Both the position numbers and the translations under genes were made by a program. Of a stretch of DNA of 64,000 nucleotides, positions 1 to 9,468 are shown piece after piece. The notes beneath the pieces are model-generated. The model saw only the letters and a list, made by a program, of their open reading frames with translations, ran no database searches and had not been told where the DNA came from. This DNA comes from Calditrichia bacterium (GTDB lineage Bacteria > Calditrichota > Calditrichia > JAJRVZ01): assembly GCA_963765585.1 (NCBI GenBank), contig CAVXXB010000005.1, positions 182,402-246,401 on the forward strand. Reading direction: 5' to 3'. The number at the start of each line of letters is the position of its first letter. The first letter of the stretch is position 1.

Positions 1-274
1 CCCGGACACTGGTTTTAATTTTGCTGTTATATCCTATATGGCTGGCTTTGACCTGGTACTCTCCGGCAAACAAGTTTTCAATTTGGAAATAACCCCGGTC
101 ATCGGTTGCGGCACCATATCCTGTGCCGACCACAGATATATTTACACCTGCGAGCGGAATACCATTCTCACTGAACACTTGTCCTTCAATTTTTGAGAGC
201 GATTGCGATCTGGCGGCAACCACAATTAAAAACAGGAAAAGCAAACCAATAGCAAATCGTAGTGGTTTTGACAT
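1..274 (-). CDS. TonB-dependent receptor, N-terminal part (signal peptide plus CarboxypepD_reg-like domain); BtuB-like candidate; continues beyond window start
   Basis: Minus-strand ORF starts at ATG 274 and runs off the window edge. The translation MSKPLRFAIGLLFLFLIVVAARSQ...GQVFSENGIPLAGVNISVVGTGYGAATDDRGYFQIENLFAGEYQVKASHIGY has the beta-sandwich motif that heads the TonB-dependent receptors of this lineage (compare the ORFs at 28692 and 51810). A cobalamin riboswitch lies in its 5' leader. It is not in the ORF track because it is partial. Confidence 0.6.
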   Translation of the reverse strand, partial: MSKPLRFAIGLLFLFLIVVAARSQSLSKIEGQVFSENGIPLAGVNISVVGTGYGAATDDRGYFQIENLFAGEYQVKASHIGYNSKIKTSVR

Positions 275-323
275 TTCGTAAAAAAGATTTTTAAGTGTTT
301 AACTCTTCGCAGGTAATTGAGGA

Positions 324-372
324 GGATTGGCAAAAAAATACCCGATCGTTTACATTTTGTAAATAACCGGGT
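324..372 (-). terminator. Intrinsic terminator hairpin forming the riboswitch expression platform
   Basis: On the minus strand, ACCCGGUU...GAUCGGGU forms an ~8-bp stem (two G-U pairs) followed by AUUUUUUU. It sits between the cobalamin aptamer and the receptor start codon at 274. Confidence 0.5.
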
Positions 373-437
373 GCAGTGTTCAAATTTGATAACATAATCC
401 TACCTTCCCGCGAAGGTGTAACGGGTTATGAATTTCA

Positions 438-590
438 GCCGGTCTCCTGACTTAAGCGTCACTCTACTCACCAGGCCTTCCCATTCTATATCTTAGAAAA
501 GTGGCCACCACAGGTTTTCGTCAGCTATTACAGTTGCGGGGCAGTGGCGGAATCTCACCGCGCTTCCCGAGCACTAAAACTCAGTCAATT
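438..590 (-). ncRNA. Cobalamin (AdoCbl/B12) riboswitch aptamer
   Basis: The reverse complement contains, in canonical order, GGGAAGCGCGGUGAGAUUCCGCCACUGCCCCGCAACUGUAA, the B12-box-like GGCCACU, GGGAAGGC, and the 3' element AAGUCAGGAGACCGGC. It lies in the 5' leader of a TonB-dependent receptor gene. Confidence 0.8.
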
Positions 591-666
591 AATTAACGCT
601 AAGTTACACGATTAAAAATAGTTTGGCAAAGGAAAATTTGATAAAAAGAAGATATCAAAGAGATTT

Positions 667-706
667 ACTCGGTACTCGGTACTGGGCTCTCGCCATCCGG
701 TACTTG
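667..706. repeat. Degenerate heptamer tandem array, family H2 (CTCGGTA-like)
   Basis: The array reads ctcggta ctcggta ctgggct ctcgcca tccggta with period 7. The same motif family occurs at 57129-57192. Confidence 0.6.
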
Positions 707-848
707 TTTATAAGGCATCTGAGTTTGACGATCAATCAAAATTAAATAATTGAGAAACCAGGATCAGCTTTTCGACAGGCAAAAATAAAATTACTAATTT
801 TATCCTGTTATCCTGTCAAAAAACAAAATTACCTGGTAGCATATCATA

Positions 849-2225
849 CTATTTTAGAAGTATAGCCCGGATTATTTTTTGATGCGTCTCATTCCTGAGC
901 ACGATAAAGTAATTGCCGGATGGTAATTCTGATGCATCCCAGGATATTTGATAATTTCCGGCTTGCTGTGTTTTGTTAACCAATATTGCAACTTGCTGAC
1001 CCAGCGAATTATATACGTTTAATTCTATGTAACTTGTAATTGGTAATTTGTAATTAACTATGGTTACAGGATTAAACGGATTTGGATAGTTTTGCAGCAA
1101 TTGAAAATCTGATATTACTGCCTCTTGAATATTGTTTTGATTTTCGATCAGTGCCGCCGGACTATCCGTGGGATAAAATGTATATGCCACGCCGCCTTTA
1201 TTGAACCATGATTGTGACAGGCTGCGTTTATCATGAACATATGCATAGCCGTTAGAACGCGCCGGATCGTGGGCAATTGGATCTCCATTACTGTTAAAAC
1301 CGGCCAGCATGATAAGGTGACCCTCATATAAGGGCAGGCCGACTGACATTACTACCCGTCCCCCATTGGCCAGGACTTCCCGAGCTTCACTCCATGATAC
1401 GATAACGCGTTACTGCGCCATCAAGTCGGGCATATTCCGAGGCAAATTGCACAACACGCGGCCAGATACCAAATATATGATAATAAGGATCGTAGGTATC
1501 TTTGGCAAATTGCAATGGATCCACATCGATGTCCAGTGATCTCAGAACCATGGAAACCGAAGTGGGGGAACATATACTACCTCCGATGTCATCATCCAGG
1601 GCATATTGATAGAAAAATTCGGTGTCGACAAAAATTTCTGCTGGTTTGTCGTTTATAATCGCATCCATATCCACACTAGTGGTTGTGCGCGAATCGCTGA
1701 CAAAAAAACTGAGTTTGTGCAATGTGGGAGAAGGTTGGTCAACTTTTTCGCGACCCATGTGAATCTTAAACTGCCAGCGATTCTGATATTCATTTAACTT
1801 AACATAGTCATAATCAATCAAACCTCCGGCATAACTGGTTGGGCCATACGAATTCCAGATATAGGCTTTCCAAAATCCAACCGTGAGCCAGGGTGACCAC
1901 CCGCCATTATATGGGAAACGCATTTGAATCAAAAAACCACCATTTTCATCCGGTGCGGTTCCGTTCCAGGAGGGTAGTCCGCGGTTGAATGGTTCAGCAG
2001 ATTCAGACGATTAAGAATCATGTAACCATAAGTCTGATCGTCTGCCAATTGAAAACAACTGCTATCAGCATTGTAAATGATACCTGCACTCGATTCAATT
2101 TGAGTTTGCATGCTATCGGTATACCAGGTAAAATGCTGATCAGGATAGTTGCGGGCTGATACCGGATTAATGTATAACAACAAAAAGAAGAAAACGGCGC
2201 ACGATATTTGTAAAATATATTTCAT
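849..2225 (-). CDS. Secreted peptidase C39-like (PF13529-like) protein with T9SS C-terminal sorting domain; reading frame interrupted twice (near 1385 and 1930)
   Basis: Three consecutive minus-strand ORFs (1929-2225, 1387-1932, 849-1349) form one protein. It has a signal peptide MKYILQISCAVFFFLLLYINPVSA, then a catalytic-Cys motif GGSICSPTSVSMVL, His in EGHLIMLAGF, Asp in AHDP. The C-terminus carries the TIGR04183-like CTD LLQNYPNPFNPVTIVNYKLP... Confidence 0.5.
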
Positions 2226-2390
2226 AAGTAATGGTACCTTTCAAGACTGCTATTTATTCCAAAATCTAAAATAATTTCTGTCATCTCGAAGAGATCCTCT
2301 CGTCATCTGAGCACATTATATCCCATAAAAAGATGATGACTAATGCCCACACTGCGGGAAGACCCTTACGGTATGACAGATGGGCACTCC

Positions 2391-2470
2391 AGTATCCTGG
2401 ATCCTGCATCTTGTAACTTGTATCTTGTATCTTGAATCCAGCATCCAGCATCGCTCAGCATCCTACGTAT
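2391..2470. repeat. Degenerate heptamer tandem array, family H1 (GYATCCT / GCATCCA)
   Basis: The array reads gtatcct ggatcct gcatctt gtaactt gtatctt gtatctt gaatcca gcatcca gcatcgc, with period 7 over ~70 nt. It lies between the response-regulator stop and the peptidase start, and is homologous to the arrays at 12366 and 57386. Confidence 0.6.
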
Positions 2471-3173
2471 CAAACTGGTACCCCACACTGCGGATACTTT
2501 TAATATATTTTGGATTTGCGGGATCTTTCTCAAAATATTTCCGCAGGCGTGCGATAAAATTGTCAACAGTCCGCGTCTCGATGTCAGACGAGATCCCCCA
2601 GACATTTTCAAGCAGCACTTTGCGGGACACAATCTTACCTTTATGATCCACCAGATACTTTAAAACCATGGCTTCCCGGGGGGTCAGACGAAGTTCTTCA
2701 TGTTCGCCTTTGCATTGCAGATTCTCAAAATTGATCTCATTCTTTCCGAATATATACAGTGGGAGATCAACTGTTGCTTCCCGGTACCAGGCCTTTCGCT
2801 TCAACATCCCTTTAAGCCGTAATAACAATTCCTCAAGGTTGAATGGTTTTGTTATATAGTCATCTGCACCCGATTCCAATCCCTTTATTTTATCTTCGAC
2901 CCGGGTTCTGGCGGTTAGCATTAATATAGGCATTTGAGGATTGTTGATTCGCACCTGTCTGGCTACCTCAAATCCATCAAAATGAGGCAACATCACATCG
3001 AGGATGATCAGGTCAAATACTTCATTCTGGACGGCTTCAATGGCCTGTTTACCGTCTTGCACCCAGTGAACAGTGTACCCTTCTTCTCTCAGATTGTATT
3101 CAAGGCCGACTGCCAAAGATTCTTCATCTTCAACCAGCAGAATTTTGTGTTGCTCAATATTTTTACTGCTCAT
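2463..3173 (-). CDS. Two-component response regulator, OmpR family (receiver plus winged-helix)
   Basis: The receiver domain reads LLVEDEESLAVGL...DLIILDVMLP. The C-terminal trans_reg_C domain reads RLTPREAMVLKYL...IRSVGYQFDT. It overlaps the upstream kinase gene by 11 nt. Confidence 0.9.
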   Translation of the reverse strand: MSSKNIEQHKILLVEDEESLAVGLEYNLREEGYTVHWVQDGKQAIEAVQNEVFDLIILDVMLPHFDGFEVARQVRINNPQMPILMLTARTRVEDKIKGLESGADDYITKPFNLEELLLRLKGMLKRKAWYREATVDLPLYIFGKNEINFENLQCKGEHEELRLTPREAMVLKYLVDHKGKIVSRKVLLENVWGISSDIETRTVDNFIARLRKYFEKDPANPKYIKSIRSVGYQFDT

Positions 3174-4188
3174 CGGATTCGGTCAGCTCCTTATTTCTAC
3201 GATTGGTCAGTTTTAGTAGCCTGTTTGTCAATCGTCTTTTGGACGTTTGATAAATTGGAAGTTCAATTTTAAAGGTTGTACCGCGGTCGCGTCCAGCGCT
3301 GGACACCTCAATATTCCCCCCGTGTGATTTGATGATTTCTTTCACCCAATAAAGTCCCAGACCGGTTCCTTTTACAGTAGGACTATTCGGTTTATAAATG
3401 CGCTCAAACTTTTTGAAGATCAATTTTTGATCTTTAGTATTGAGGCCAATACCCTGGTCCTGAAACTCAAGGATATACTTTTTTGAATTTTGAGAAAGGA
3501 AGACTGAAATATAAGCCTTCTCCTGAGTATATTTAATTGCATTGTCAACCAGATTATTAATAACGATTTTAATCGCACGTTTATCAATCACGATTTCACC
3601 GCTGAGCTTTCCCTTTACTTCAATCGAATCCGATCCAAGTTTAAAGGCTTTTATAGTTTCACCGAGAAGGTTTTGGATGATTTCATTGGCAGAATATACA
3701 TCAAAGTCATAGGCCAGTTTCTTTTGTTCCAGTCCCGCAATATCAAGGATCGATGAAATAAGATTATTTAGTCGTTCGGTATCCTGAAGCATCATGGAAA
3801 TAAATTCATGTTGCGTTTTTTGCGGCACATCCCGTTTTCGCAATGTCTCCAAATATAATTGAATAGAGGATAATGGTGATTTTAATTCATGGGTGACATT
3901 TGAGATGAAATTATCATAAAACCGGTTCAAATTAACCTGACGTGTAAGATAAACGAAAATAAGAGACATACCCACCGAAATCGCAATCAATAGTATGAGA
4001 CCGCTGACCAGTGCGGCGATGTGTGTATTTTGTAGAATATCTTGTGTTGAAAAGTTCTCACCCAATTCGGAGAGAAGTATATAGTTGGAGACGTACCAGT
4101 AAATCCAGAGTGTTAACAGGCTGAACCAGGCAATCTGGGCCAGGATAAACACAAAAACGTGATATATTATTAAGTTTGGTTTTCTCAT
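3163..4188 (-). CDS. Sensor histidine kinase with membrane-embedded N-terminus
   Basis: There are two to three N-terminal TM helices with only a short external loop. The HisKA phospho-acceptor reads HELKSPLSSIQLYLETL. The HATPase_c G-boxes read DQGIGL and GTGLGLYWVKEI. Confidence 0.85.
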   Translation of the reverse strand: MRKPNLIIYHVFVFILAQIAWFSLLTLWIYWYVSNYILLSELGENFSTQDILQNTHIAALVSGLILLIAISVGMSLIFVYLTRQVNLNRFYDNFISNVTHELKSPLSSIQLYLETLRKRDVPQKTQHEFISMMLQDTERLNNLISSILDIAGLEQKKLAYDFDVYSANEIIQNLLGETIKAFKLGSDSIEVKGKLSGEIVIDKRAIKIVINNLVDNAIKYTQEKAYISVFLSQNSKKYILEFQDQGIGLNTKDQKLIFKKFERIYKPNSPTVKGTGLGLYWVKEIIKSHGGNIEVSSAGRDRGTTFKIELPIYQTSKRRLTNRLLKLTNRRNKELTESDEQ

Positions 4189-4444
4189 AAATTCAGATGG
4201 TGGTGTTTATAATAGTTCAATGTTTCCATATAAGAATAAATATTTGCTGTAAATCTAATAATATGTTGTATTTAAAGACAAAGAAATCTCAATTATTACA
4301 CTTCTTTTACAAAAACGCATCTTAAATTTTCATAATATTATAAAGAATACAGAGAATCATTCGTAGGGACCACCTGCACCTCGGTGTTAGCGGCGTTTGG
4401 GTCTCCTACAAACCAAATATAAGCTGAAATAAAGGTAAAGGGAT

Positions 4445-5923
4445 ATGAAAATATTATTGGTAAATCCAATAACACCGGATACGTTCTGGAGTTTTCGCCA
4501 TGCCTTACGGTTTATATCAAAAAAATCATCAGAGCCGCCACTGGGATTACTTACTGTCGCCGCGCTTTTGCCGAATGACTGGGATCTGCAACTAGTTGAT
4601 ATGAATATCGAACCGTTACTGGATGATCAAATCACATCTGCTGATTATATATTTCTTACCGGAATGCATGTTCAAAAACAGTCTTTTATGGATGTCGTAA
4701 ACCGCAGTTATCAGCTTGGGACACCGGTTGTTGCCGGGGGGCCTATGTGCACAATGGAACGTGAATTGTTTCCGATGTTGGATTGCATGATTTTGGATGA
4801 AGCCGAATTGACGTTACCGGCCTGGTTGAAAGATCTGGAAAAAGGTAATACCAAAAAAGTATATAGTTCGGATGAATTTCCGGATATTGCCGAGTCTCCT
4901 TTACCCCGCTGGGAACTACTGGATATGAATAAATACGCCTCCATGAGTATGCAGTATTCACGTGGATGTCCCTTTAATTGTGAGTTTTGCAGTATCACAC
5001 TGCTAAATGGACACAAGCCGCGAACCAAGACCACAGATCAGTTTCTCAGCGAATTGAATGCCTTGTATCAGTCAGGGTGGCGGGGCAGAATTTTTATCGT
5101 CGATGATAATTTTATTGGCAATAAGAAAAAGTTAAAAACAGAATTACTTCCGCAACTTATTAACTGGTCGCAACAACGATCATATCCATTCCGGTTTATG
5201 ACTGAAACATCAATAAATCTGGCTGATGATGAAGTGCTGTTAGATATGATGGTCAAAGCCGGTTTTAATTCGGCTTTTATAGGTATCGAAACGCCGAATT
5301 TAGAGAGCCTGGAAGAATGTGGTAAATCACAGAATAAAGACAGAGATATGATCGGTGCAGTAAAAAAAATGCAGAAGCATGGCCTGGTGGTTTCAGGTGG
5401 ATTTATTGTTGGCTTTGATAGTGATCCGAAAAATATATTTGAACAACAAATTGGTTTTATCCAGAAGAGCGGAATTGTAACCGCAATGGTTGGATTATTA
5501 AATGCGCAGCCGGGGACCCGGTTATTCGATCGCCTGAATTCTGAAAATCGGATCATTCGCGGCTTTGATGGTGACAATATGGATGGCAAACTCAATTTTA
5601 TCCCGAGGATGACTTACGCACAGTTGAGAACAGGTTATCGCAGTATATTAGAGACTATTTATTCGCATAAAAATTATTATAAACGAGTTATAACTTTCTT
5701 ACGGGAATACCGAATACCCGTAAAGGGTTCACTGGATTTATCCAGAGACCAGATTATGGCTCTGCTGAGATCATTTTGGGTATTAGGGGTTATTGAGAAG
5801 GGAAGAAGATACTTTTGGAAATTTGTTATTTTTAGTCTGATCCGATTCCCAAATAAATTTGATCTGGCAATTACTATGGCTATTTATGGCTTGCATTTTC
5901 GACGAATTGTACACGCGGTATGA
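4445..5923 (+). CDS. B12-binding radical SAM protein (class B, DUF4070-type C-terminus)
   Basis: The N-terminus is a cobalamin-binding Rossmann-like region (MKILLVNP...LGLLTVAA...FLTGMH). The radical-SAM motif is CPFNCEFC. The total length is 492 aa. A TGA stop at 5921-5923 confirms the standard genetic code. Confidence 0.85.
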   Translation: MKILLVNPITPDTFWSFRHALRFISKKSSEPPLGLLTVAALLPNDWDLQLVDMNIEPLLDDQITSADYIFLTGMHVQKQSFMDVVNRSYQLGTPVVAGGPMCTMERELFPMLDCMILDEAELTLPAWLKDLEKGNTKKVYSSDEFPDIAESPLPRWELLDMNKYASMSMQYSRGCPFNCEFCSITLLNGHKPRTKTTDQFLSELNALYQSGWRGRIFIVDDNFIGNKKKLKTELLPQLINWSQQRSYPFRFMTETSINLADDEVLLDMMVKAGFNSAFIGIETPNLESLEECGKSQNKDRDMIGAVKKMQKHGLVVSGGFIVGFDSDPKNIFEQQIGFIQKSGIVTAMVGLLNAQPGTRLFDRLNSENRIIRGFDGDNMDGKLNFIPRMTYAQLRTGYRSILETIYSHKNYYKRVITFLREYRIPVKGSLDLSRDQIMALLRSFWVLGVIEKGRRYFWKFVIFSLIRFPNKFDLAITMAIYGLHFRRIVHAV

Positions 5924-5952
5924 AAAATAATTGATAATTATAAGGAAGAATA

Positions 5953-6972
5953 TTGGATATGGTTCAGACAAATAAAATAAAAATATCAACCAGGGACTTA
6001 AAGGAATTTTCAAAATCAGATTGGCGTAAAAGTACATGGCAGATAGTAAATTCCGTCATTCCATTTTTAATCTTGATGACAGCCATGTATTTTAGTCTGG
6101 AATATTCGTACTGGCTAACTCTGCTTTTGGCAATTCCAACCGCCGGTTTTGCAATACGTATATTTATTATTTTTCATGATTGTGGTCATGGTTCGTTTTT
6201 TAAATCAACTACAATTAGTTCAATCGTTGGCTATATAACAGGACTCCTGTTATTTGTGCCATATCATGACTGGCGTCATAGTCATGCGCAACATCATGCT
6301 ACCTGCTCCGACCTGGATCGCAGAGGCATTGGTGATGTCTGGACCCTCACAGTGAAAGAATATAAAGCATCATCCGCCAGGGATCAGTTTTTATATCGCC
6401 TGTATCGAAATCCTATAGTCCTTTTCATTTTGGGACCATTTTATATGGCCTTGATAAATAATCGCTTTCCCACCAAGGGCGCAAAAACCAGAGAAAAAAC
6501 GAGCGTGCATATGACAAATATTGGTCTATTGCTTGTCATCGTTATTATGAGTCTAACCATTGGAATTAAATCATACCTACTGATACAAATACCTGTTATT
6601 TTAATAGCCTGGACCAGCGGAATCTGGCTTTTTTATGTGCAACATCAGTTTGAAGAAGTGTATTGGGAAAATCATGAAAATTGGGATTATAATGATGCGG
6701 CATTGCTGGGGAGTTCTTTTTATAAATTGCCACGGATTTTACAATGGTTTACGGGCAATATCGGATTCCATCATGTGCATCATCTAAGTGCCCGAATCCC
6801 AAACTATAATTTGCAGAAATGTCATGAGCAAATTGGGGGTTTCCAATCGATAAAACCGCTGACATTTTTCGCCAGTCTGAAATTGCTTAAGATGCGATTG
6901 TATGATGAAGAGAGTAGATGTATGATTGATTTTAGCGGCTTTCGTGATCAACATATGGCAATGAATTCTTAG
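5953..6972 (+). CDS. Membrane fatty-acid desaturase, DesA-like (acyl-lipid desaturase family)
   Basis: The three histidine boxes are HDCGHGSF, WRHSHAQHH and HHVHH. There are four or more TM segments. It lies 29 nt downstream of the radical SAM gene. Confidence 0.85.
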   Translation: MDMVQTNKIKISTRDLKEFSKSDWRKSTWQIVNSVIPFLILMTAMYFSLEYSYWLTLLLAIPTAGFAIRIFIIFHDCGHGSFFKSTTISSIVGYITGLLLFVPYHDWRHSHAQHHATCSDLDRRGIGDVWTLTVKEYKASSARDQFLYRLYRNPIVLFILGPFYMALINNRFPTKGAKTREKTSVHMTNIGLLLVIVIMSLTIGIKSYLLIQIPVILIAWTSGIWLFYVQHQFEEVYWENHENWDYNDAALLGSSFYKLPRILQWFTGNIGFHHVHHLSARIPNYNLQKCHEQIGGFQSIKPLTFFASLKLLKMRLYDEESRCMIDFSGFRDQHMAMNS

Positions 6973-7207
6973 TGATAAAAATTGCATTTAGATTTTCAAT
7001 AATGTACATTATACACGATTTAATTAATGTACGCTGTTTTACCTGTAATCCGCTTTTGATTATAGGGCTTTTTTAAAAGGTCTTATATTCGCAAAAAATC
7101 GAGAAGAAATGGTAAACATGCCAGTCAACTCGATTTTTCTTTTGCCCGGAAGTCAGGGTAAAATCTTAGCTGTACGCGGTATTTATATTTTTTTGAGGAA
7201 TGATTTA

Positions 7208-7408
7208 ATGGAAACAGGAACTGTGAAGTGGTTCAACGGATCAAAGGGTTATGGATTCATCACCAGAGAAAATGGTGAAGATGTATTTGTTCACTACCGT
7301 TCAATTAGTGGAGAAGGCTACAAAACCCTAGAAGAAGGTGATCAAGTTCAATTCGAAGTTGCTGAAAGCCCAAAAGGATTGCAGGCTACAGATGTATCTA
7401 AGGTGTAA
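7208..7408 (+). CDS. Cold-shock protein, CspA family
   Basis: The protein reads [33 protein letters not shown] (RNP1 motif KGYGFI and RNP2 motif VFVHY). An RBS GAGGAA lies upstream. The ORF-track upstream extension was rejected. Confidence 0.9.
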   Translation: METGTVKWFNGSKGYGFITRENGEDVFVHYRSISGEGYKTLEEGDQVQFEVAESPKGLQATDVSKV

Positions 7409-7428
7409 TTGTTAGTTTTTTTACTCAA

Positions 7429-7460
7429 GCCCCGGACAGGATGTGCGGGGCTTTTTTTTT
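7429..7460 (+). terminator. Rho-independent terminator after csp
   Basis: GCCCCG gacaggatgtg CGGGGC followed by T9. Confidence 0.65.
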
Positions 7461-7500
7461 GTCTTAAAAGTTGTTTTTCTACTGAAGTACATGCCCTGGC

Positions 7501-8751
7501 CTAAACTGCAATTTTATTTTGAAAATCTAAAGAGTTTATTGTCTCAACTGATTCGGCGTATTCCTGATTTAATTTATCAAATAACTCCCTGACAGAAATA
7601 ATTTCATTAACCCGGTAGGCATTTGCCCCTGCGAAGGTATATCCTTCATCCACATTACCTTTTTGCGCGTTGGTCAGTGCTTTGGCAATACAATATGGCG
7701 CCTCTCTAAAGTTACAGGTTTTTAAGCATTTCCATGGACATTGGAACGGTTTCCTGCCCCCGGCAGTGACTTCATCTATGAATTTATTACGAATTGCTCT
7801 GCCAGGCAGACCAACGGGGCTATCAATGATGGCCAGATCCTTTTCTTCGCAATCAATATATGCCTGTTTAAAATTGAGTGAAGCATCACATTCGTGGGTT
7901 GCCACAAACCGGGTGCCCATTTGTACGCCCTGTACACCTAATTCCATAATCCTATGAATATCAGCGCCTGTGTAAATTCCACCGGCAGCAATAACCGGTA
8001 TATTTTTCCCGTTTTGTATTTCAAATGGTTTTATTACCGAAAGTACATCCGGTAGTATCTGTTCAAGTGAAAAATCAGGATTAAATATTTGTTCTTTTTT
8101 AAAACCCAAATGTCCGCCGGCCTTTGGACCTTCTACCACAACAAGGTCAGGCACATGATTAAATTTCTTTTGCCAAGTCTGAAATATCAACTGGGCAGCT
8201 CTGCCGGAAGAAACAATAACCCCCACCTTTGTTACGCCACTTTTCAGACGATCCAACGTAACTGATTCGGGAAGTTTTAACGGTAAACCTGCGCCGAGGA
8301 AGATTATATCGATTTTTTCATCAAATGCAAGTGTTACCATTTCGTCGTAATCCGATATGGCAACCATGATATTTATGCCCAGCACTCCTTTTGTAAGAGA
8401 CCGTGCTTTTCGAATTTCTTCTCTAAGCAACCGCTGTGTGCTGTCCTTAAAACTTGTATTTGGATTTTCTGCCAAAAGGCCCAATGCCACCGATGATATC
8501 ACACCGATTCCACCCTCATTTGCAACAGCGGAAGCCAGGCCTGACATTGAGATTCCCACTCCCATGCCACCCTGAATAATAGGCATTTTTACAATTAGAT
8601 CATTTATTTTTAACTCGGGCATTATTTTTGTATTCATGGTCTTTATCTTTCTGATTACATGTTTTGTGAACAAATATTCAGGTACTGATGATGGCTCTTT
8701 TACTGAGGCTGAAAAAATTTTACTTTCGTATGCCTTATGCAGAGTATACAC
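7501..8751 (-). CDS. NAD(P)H-dependent flavin oxidoreductase of the nitronate monooxygenase / FabK-like (NMO) family with a Cys-rich C-terminal extension
   Basis: The FMN/TIM-barrel signature is GGMGVGISMSGLASAVANEGGIGVISS with ...GGHLG. The C-terminus carries an extra ~60 aa with FQCPWKCLKTCNF...YC. Confidence 0.75.
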   Translation of the reverse strand: MYTLHKAYESKIFSASVKEPSSVPEYLFTKHVIRKIKTMNTKIMPELKINDLIVKMPIIQGGMGVGISMSGLASAVANEGGIGVISSVALGLLAENPNTSFKDSTQRLLREEIRKARSLTKGVLGINIMVAISDYDEMVTLAFDEKIDIIFLGAGLPLKLPESVTLDRLKSGVTKVGVIVSSGRAAQLIFQTWQKKFNHVPDLVVVEGPKAGGHLGFKKEQIFNPDFSLEQILPDVLSVIKPFEIQNGKNIPVIAAGGIYTGADIHRIMELGVQGVQMGTRFVATHECDASLNFKQAYIDCEEKDLAIIDSPVGLPGRAIRNKFIDEVTAGGRKPFQCPWKCLKTCNFREAPYCIAKALTNAQKGNVDEGYTFAGANAYRVNEIISVRELFDKLNQEYAESVETINSLDFQNKIAV

Positions 8752-8906
8752 ATTCTTTAGAGCATCCGTACTAATAGAAATGTAAAAGTAATGTAATTAA
8801 AATATTTGGGTGGATTTATTTTTGGTTGGAATAAATGATGGTGATTTCTTTTAGGGGATGAGAAATTGTAATTTTATTCAGTTTCCTAACATGCACGTAT
8901 TTTGGG

Positions 8907-9380
8907 TTATGTTTCTTCCTCGCTTAGATAGACACGATAATATTTTCCATTATTATCCCGGCCAATACCATCACCTGATTTAAGCTCACCCTGGATATCA
9001 TAGAATATTATTTCTATCACAGTTCCTTTATCACCGATTATAATCCCGGTTCCGACCGGTTTGGCATCAGAGTTCTTGCCAAAGCCATATTCTTCCGCAA
9101 CCGATTTGGCTTCATTCATGAAAGTCTGATATCTGGGATCCGGTTGATATTTTTTCCCATGGATGTGATATTCCCCGTCAAATATTTCACTTTCCTGATC
9201 AACGGAGGCCTGAGGTGTGTAGATCGTTCCTTGGTTATATTTGGGTTTGGTCAGCACTAAATGGATGGTTAGACCACTGTCACGTTCATATAATCTTAAT
9301 GATTTAACGGTCGTTGGCAGACAGGATAAGTGTAGAATTAAGAAAGACAAATAAAGTAATATTGTGAGTCTATTAGTCAT
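8907..9380 (-). CDS. Hypothetical secreted protein
   Basis: The start was moved to ATG 9380 (MTNRLTILLYLSFLILHLSC, a signal peptide). The longer ORF-track start overlaps the SDR gene. No recognisable domain was found. Confidence 0.35.
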   Translation of the reverse strand: MTNRLTILLYLSFLILHLSCLPTTVKSLRLYERDSGLTIHLVLTKPKYNQGTIYTPQASVDQESEIFDGEYHIHGKKYQPDPRYQTFMNEAKSVAEEYGFGKNSDAKPVGTGIIIGDKGTVIEIIFYDIQGELKSGDGIGRDNNGKYYRVYLSEEET

Positions 9381-9468
9381 ATTTCCACGTCCTTCACGGC
9401 CATGTTCCTCGTGTTCGTCACCATGCTCTGCGTTCTCCCCACTAACTTCAGGATGGGCATTCCAGTGC

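Noticed and set aside
4711-5595. Antisense and overlapping ORFs inside the radical SAM gene (4711-5034, 4743-4961, 5068-5595) and similar shadow ORFs elsewhere (e.g. 15154-15639, 15765-16178, 21518-21955, 29157-29483, 56525-56899)
   Set aside because: They lie entirely within strongly supported genes on the other strand or frame. They have low complexity and no recognisable domains.
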